Of a stretch of 64,000 bases of DNA, positions 60,088 through 64,000 are shown piece by piece. The stretch lies in NCBI GenBank assembly GCA_965204535.1, contig CBDBEV010000001.1, positions 2,400,001 through 2,464,000 of the forward strand, read 5' to 3'. Both the position numbers and the translations under genes were made by a program. Origin of the DNA: a bacterium (GTDB taxonomy: Bacteria; UBA8248). Every line of letters begins with the position of its first letter. Position 1 is the stretch's first letter. The notes under the pieces are model-generated. The model did not search any database. It worked only from the letters and a program-made list of their open reading frames with translations, and was not told the DNA's origin.

Positions 60088-60881
60088 CCGCCCGCCTCGG
60101 CCAGAAACGCATCCACGGCCGCGTTCCACTCCGTGTGAGAGCGGCGGTAGCTGTAGTGGCCTCCCTCCTCCAGAATCACGAGCTTCGAGCCCGCTATCGC
60201 CTTTTGTAAGTCCTGGGCGAAATAGGGCGGGGTGAGGGCGTCGTCTTTCGCGGCGATGATAAGCGAAGGCTTGTCGATCTTGTGAATCTCGGACGTCCTG
60301 TCGTGGGTGAGCGTCATGTCGAGCCGCGCGGTGATGACGTCCACCGGCGCGATGGTGTCCTTCTGGCGCGCTTCGAGCTCCAGGAGGTTCTCGTACATGT
60401 TCACGAACTGCGTCCACCCGCACGTCCAGAGCGAACTGAACTTGATGTATTCCTCCAGCCCGTAGGCCTCGGCGATCTGCTTGCGCGAGGTCTGGAGGCG
60501 CGTCATGTAGGGGTCCGCCGTCGTCCATGTGTTGGTGAACACGCAGCAGCCTATCCGGTCGGGATAATCGAGCGCCAGGTTCTGCAGAATGCAGCCTCCA
60601 GTTGATGTGCCCGCCACGTGGGCCTTCTCGATTCCCAGCGTGTCGAGCAGGGCGACCGCGTCCTGCGCGATGATGCCTGTGGAGTAGGCGTCCTTGGGCT
60701 TGTCGCTCTCGCCCGTCCCCCGGTGGTCGAAGGTGATGCAGCGGTAACGATCCGAAAAATGGGGCATCTGGAAATCCCAAGCGTCGAGAAGTCCCATCAG
60801 ACCGGGAATGAACAGGAACGCCTCCCCCTCTCCTCGTTCCGCGTAGTTGAGTTGTATATCACCGGCTTGAATGCGTGGCAT
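60084..60881 (-). CDS. Alpha/beta hydrolase (RutD-like)
   Basis: DHRGTGES, GTSTGG, AKDDALTP, GGH. Confidence 0.8.
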   Translation of the reverse strand: MPRIQAGDIQLNYAERGEGEAFLFIPGLMGLLDAWDFQMPHFSDRYRCITFDHRGTGESDKPKDAYSTGIIAQDAVALLDTLGIEKAHVAGTSTGGCILQNLALDYPDRIGCCVFTNTWTTADPYMTRLQTSRKQIAEAYGLEEYIKFSSLWTCGWTQFVNMYENLLELEARQKDTIAPVDVITARLDMTLTHDRTSEIHKIDKPSLIIAAKDDALTPPYFAQDLQKAIAGSKLVILEEGGHYSYRRSHTEWNAAVDAFLAEAGG

Positions 60882-60898
60882 GACTTCTCCTTATCGGT

Positions 60899-61912
60899 TT
60901 ATTCGTTCTCGTCGTTCAGGATTTCAGCCACCTCCACCCGGCGTCCCTCTTTCGCGGAGCGTACGCCCGCTCGGATGACGGCGAGTGAGGATGTGGCGGC
61001 ATCGCCTTCCATCTCGGGCGCAGCACCTCCGCAAACGGCGTCCGCGAACTCCTCAAGTTCCTCCTTGATGGTGTCGTTTTTCTCGCACGCCACCGCTTGA
61101 GGCGCCTTCTCGCCCCGGTAGAGGACGCGCAGGCCGTCGAAGAGCGTGTAGTAGGCCGTGGCCGTCTTCCCGTAGATGTTCATGAGGTAGTACTCGGACG
61201 CCGAGGCGTAGCTCGCCGTCAGGTTCGAGATGGCGCCCGACTCGTGCTCGAGGATCAGGTTCGCCACGTCGGGGTTGTCACCGGGCAGGACGAGTTGCGC
61301 CGTGCGGCCCGAGACGGCGGCGATGGGACCCATGATGTAGGTCAGCACGTCGGCGTAGTGGATACCGATCTGGAGCATGACGCCGCCCGGCATGGCGTCA
61401 GCCTGGTAGCGCCAGTGGCCGAGTTCGAACTGGCCCTCCCTGTCCCTGCTGATGTTGCACTCCGCCTGCACGAGCCTGCCGAATTCGCCCGCGTCTATCT
61501 TCTCCCTGATCCATCGGAAGTGGTTCTCCCGCCGCCTCTGGTAGCCGATGGCGAGCACCACGCCCGCCTCCGCGCAAGCTCGGGTGAGCGCCTTGCCGTC
61601 GGAGACGGTGTGGGCGATGGGTTTGTCCAGAAAAACGTGCTTGCCCGCCTCGGCCGCCGCTTTCGTGGATTCCAGATGCACGTGGTTCGGCGTGGTGTTG
61701 ATGACGGCCTCGATAGAGTCGTCCGCCAGAATTTCCTCATAGCTCCCCGCCGGCTCGCAGCCGTATTTTTTGGCGAAGGCCGTGCGCTTGTCTTCCGAGC
61801 GCGTGAAGCAGGCGGCGATCTCGATTTTGTCGGTTCTGCCGACCGCGTCGGCCAGAACGTCCGACCACCAGCCCATGCCGAGCGAGGCCACCCTCAGGGG
61901 TTTGGAACTCAT
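60899..61912 (-). CDS. Gfo/Idh/MocA oxidoreductase
   Basis: GMGWW, TPNHVH, GKHVFLDKP, GGVMLQIGIH. Confidence 0.88.
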   Translation of the reverse strand: MSSKPLRVASLGMGWWSDVLADAVGRTDKIEIAACFTRSEDKRTAFAKKYGCEPAGSYEEILADDSIEAVINTTPNHVHLESTKAAAEAGKHVFLDKPIAHTVSDGKALTRACAEAGVVLAIGYQRRRENHFRWIREKIDAGEFGRLVQAECNISRDREGQFELGHWRYQADAMPGGVMLQIGIHYADVLTYIMGPIAAVSGRTAQLVLPGDNPDVANLILEHESGAISNLTASYASASEYYLMNIYGKTATAYYTLFDGLRVLYRGEKAPQAVACEKNDTIKEELEEFADAVCGGAAPEMEGDAATSSLAVIRAGVRSAKEGRRVEVAEILNDENE

Positions 61913-62003
61913 TGTTGGTATGACTCCTTATATAAGCAGATTGGAAAGATGAATCATGTTTTTCCGGGTATCCTGAAAAGCGGCACGAAGCAATGCCCTG
62001 TAA

Positions 62004-62441
62004 TCAGAAAGAAGCGCCCACGGCTTCCACGGCCACGCGCGCGATGGCTTCGTCCTGCTCCCAGTCGCCCCCGCTCACGCCGATGCCGCCCAGACACTCG
62101 CCCTCATAGAGAATCGGGAACCCGCCCTCCATCGCCGTCCATCGATCGGGACCCGCGGCGAGGGCCAAGCCCAAGGCGTGTGCGGTGTCGAGATGCTGCG
62201 CCTGCGCGCCCTGCGTGGTGGTGGGCCGCTTGTTCGAGGCCGAACAGACCGCCTTGGTGGTGGATGAGTGAACGGTATGAAAGCGCCCGCCGTCCATGCG
62301 CTCGAGCAGGACGAGGTGTCCGCCCGCGTCGGCGATGGCCACAGTGACGGGGATGCCGAACTCCTCCGCCTTGGCGATGGCGGCGGCCATCATCTGCTTG
62401 GCTCCCTTGGTGGTGAGTCGATGGGTACGGGCGAATGGCAT
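62004..62441 (-). CDS. GlcG/HbpS-family heme-binding protein
   Basis: VAIADAGG..LERMD, GGFPI, GGIGVSG...DEAIA. Confidence 0.85.
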   Translation of the reverse strand: MPFARTHRLTTKGAKQMMAAAIAKAEEFGIPVTVAIADAGGHLVLLERMDGGRFHTVHSSTTKAVCSASNKRPTTTQGAQAQHLDTAHALGLALAAGPDRWTAMEGGFPILYEGECLGGIGVSGGDWEQDEAIARVAVEAVGASF

Positions 62442-62615
62442 GTGTACATCTCCTGTATCTGTGGGCTACCCGTGAAGCGAGCGAAATTTTCCTCTTTTAA
62501 CAATTCATCCGTCTTTTGTCGACGATTCGGGTCTTGCGTCCGCACAGCCCTTGCGACGGAGTAAAGCCTACTCCATGATGCGCGCACTCGAAACTTTGAG
62601 AGATGGGAGAATCCG

Positions 62616-63389
62616 GTGTCAGGCGTCGTTTCGTTCATCGAAGATATTGCCCGCAAGGCGGGCGCGCGCGCGGTGGAGTTGTTCGGTCGCGTGGAGGCCG
62701 AAGCCAAGGGGCGCAGCATCGTCTCGCGCGCCGACAGGGAGGTGGAGTGCATCATCATCGAGGCGATTCGCGCGGCGTATCCTGATGATCCCATCCTGGC
62801 GGAAGAGAGCGGTGCGAGCGGCGCGGACGGTATCGGCCCAAACACCCGCTGGTGGGCGATAGACCCCATCGACGGCACGGGCCCCTATCTCAAGGGACTT
62901 CCCTTCTGGGCGGTGTCCATCGCGTGTCTGAGAGGCTCGCGCGTCGAGGCGGGCGTCGTCCACATGCCCGCGATGGGGGAGACCTTCACGGCGGCGGCTT
63001 CAGGTGCCGCGATGCGAAACGGCGCGCCGCTGCCGCAAGTCGGCCAGGAAGTACCCACCGCGCATGATTATCTCTTCGTCCCCTGCGGCGTGGTAGAAGG
63101 CCTTTCGCATCGCTACCCCGGGCGCTTTCTGGCGCTGGCCTCCGCCGCCTGCCATATCTGCCTCACGGCGGCGGGTTCGGCATTCGGTACGCTGATGGAG
63201 CCGATACGCGCCTATGACTTCGCCGCCGCGGCGCTCATCTGCGAGTGCGCAGGGGGTGCTGTGCGCTATCTCTCGGGAGCGGAGATCGACTACGCTGCCC
63301 TGGCCGACGGACGCCGCGCGCCGAAACCCATCCTCGCCGCGCCTGCGGCGCAAATCGACTGGCTGAGAGAGTATGTGTTCTGGGACTAG
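62616..63389 (+). CDS. Inositol monophosphatase family protein
   Basis: AD..VE, AEE, IDPIDGT, YDFAAA. Confidence 0.85.
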   Translation: MSGVVSFIEDIARKAGARAVELFGRVEAEAKGRSIVSRADREVECIIIEAIRAAYPDDPILAEESGASGADGIGPNTRWWAIDPIDGTGPYLKGLPFWAVSIACLRGSRVEAGVVHMPAMGETFTAAASGAAMRNGAPLPQVGQEVPTAHDYLFVPCGVVEGLSHRYPGRFLALASAACHICLTAAGSAFGTLMEPIRAYDFAAAALICECAGGAVRYLSGAEIDYAALADGRRAPKPILAAPAAQIDWLREYVFWD

Positions 63390-63470
63390 TAGGGACAGGT
63401 CGCGACCTGTCCCTACGGGTTCGATTCGAAACGCGGGAGATGCGTAGGGGCGACCCCCTGTGGTCGCCCG
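63389..63470. repeat. GTAG-REP pair
   Basis: GTAGGGACAGGTCGCGACCTGTCCCTAC (63389-63416) and GTAGGGGCGACCCCCTGTGGTCGCCC. Confidence 0.8.
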
Positions 63471-63475
63471 ATTGC

Positions 63476-64000
63476 CTACATCCACATGCCCGCGCGCTGC
63501 ATCATCTGGTCGAGCTGGAAGTTCACTCTATACGCACACTCGAACGGCGTGGTGTGGCCCGCGCCGTCCACCAACTCGATGACGGAGTCGCTCAGCCCCT
63601 CGTGCAGGGCGGTCATCTGCGCGTGCGGCACCAGTGCATCGCCCGTGCCGCCGAACACCACGCAGGGAACGGCGATTTCGCCGAGGCGCGGCGTCAACTC
63701 CTCGCGCCTCCTGAGCGCGTCGATGAGCAAGGCGATGGAATCGGGAACCTGGGAGAGCACGACCTTCTCCGTCGCCTCGATTTCGAGCGGGTGGGAGGCG
63801 ATGTAGTCGGGCGCGAACAGGCTCTCGATGAAGTGCCCGGCGAAGCCGGCCATTCCCTCGTCGATGACGGTCTGCATGTGCTGCAGCCGCACCTTCTTCC
63901 CTTCTTCGGTATCCGCCGTCGCCCGGGTGCTGATGAACCCGCACGCGCGCACCCGGAGCGGGTGGCGCAGCACCATCTCGAGCAGGATGTAGCCGCCCAG
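63476..64000 (-). CDS. Alpha/beta hydrolase, 5' end beyond window
   Basis: LGGY at window edge, G..D.LVP, GAGH. Confidence 0.7.
   Translation of the reverse strand: MGGYILLEMVLRHPLRVRACGFISTRATADTEEGKKVRLQHMQTVIDEGMAGFAGHFIESLFAPDYIASHPLEIEATEKVVLSQVPDSIALLIDALRRREELTPRLGEIAVPCVVFGGTGDALVPHAQMTALHEGLSDSVIELVDGAGHTTPFECAYRVNFQLDQMMQRAGMWM

Overview
GC-rich bacterial genomic window of about 60 genes, with no CRISPR array, rRNA or transposase. Left third (1-19.5 kb): a sup-type ('sponge symbiont ubiquitous PKS') lipid locus. It has a 3.5k-aa KS-AT-DH-cMT-ER-KR-ACP-KS-AT(degenerate) PKS, two free-standing ACPs, an Sfp-type PPTase, a xanthine/uracil-type permease and an alpha/beta hydrolase, which suggests a marine sponge symbiont as host (inference). 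A three-gene operon converges on this locus. It encodes two recently duplicated PhyH-fold Fe(II)/2-oxoglutarate enzymes whose iron-binding motif is H-x-G rather than H-x-D/E, the signature of radical aliphatic halogenases, plus a Rieske oxygenase. This is the top candidate for an undescribed system (halogenated or oxidised branched-lipid tailoring). The rest is mostly housekeeping: rarA, a divergent pyrF, UDG-coaBC-gmk-yicC, rqcH, hemW, a sigma54 activator, VOC proteins, cbtA, a sigma54-promoter USP operon, rimK, proA, an aa3-type cytochrome c oxidase operon with small unannotated subunits, tRNA-Arg(ACG), an SSS transporter/TPR cluster, a tandem ThyX, an RND pump and several hydrolases/oxidoreductases. 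Intergenic spaces hold mosaic GTAG-REP, G/C-run hairpin and MITE-like repeats. All calls come from reading motifs by eye; no database searches were run.
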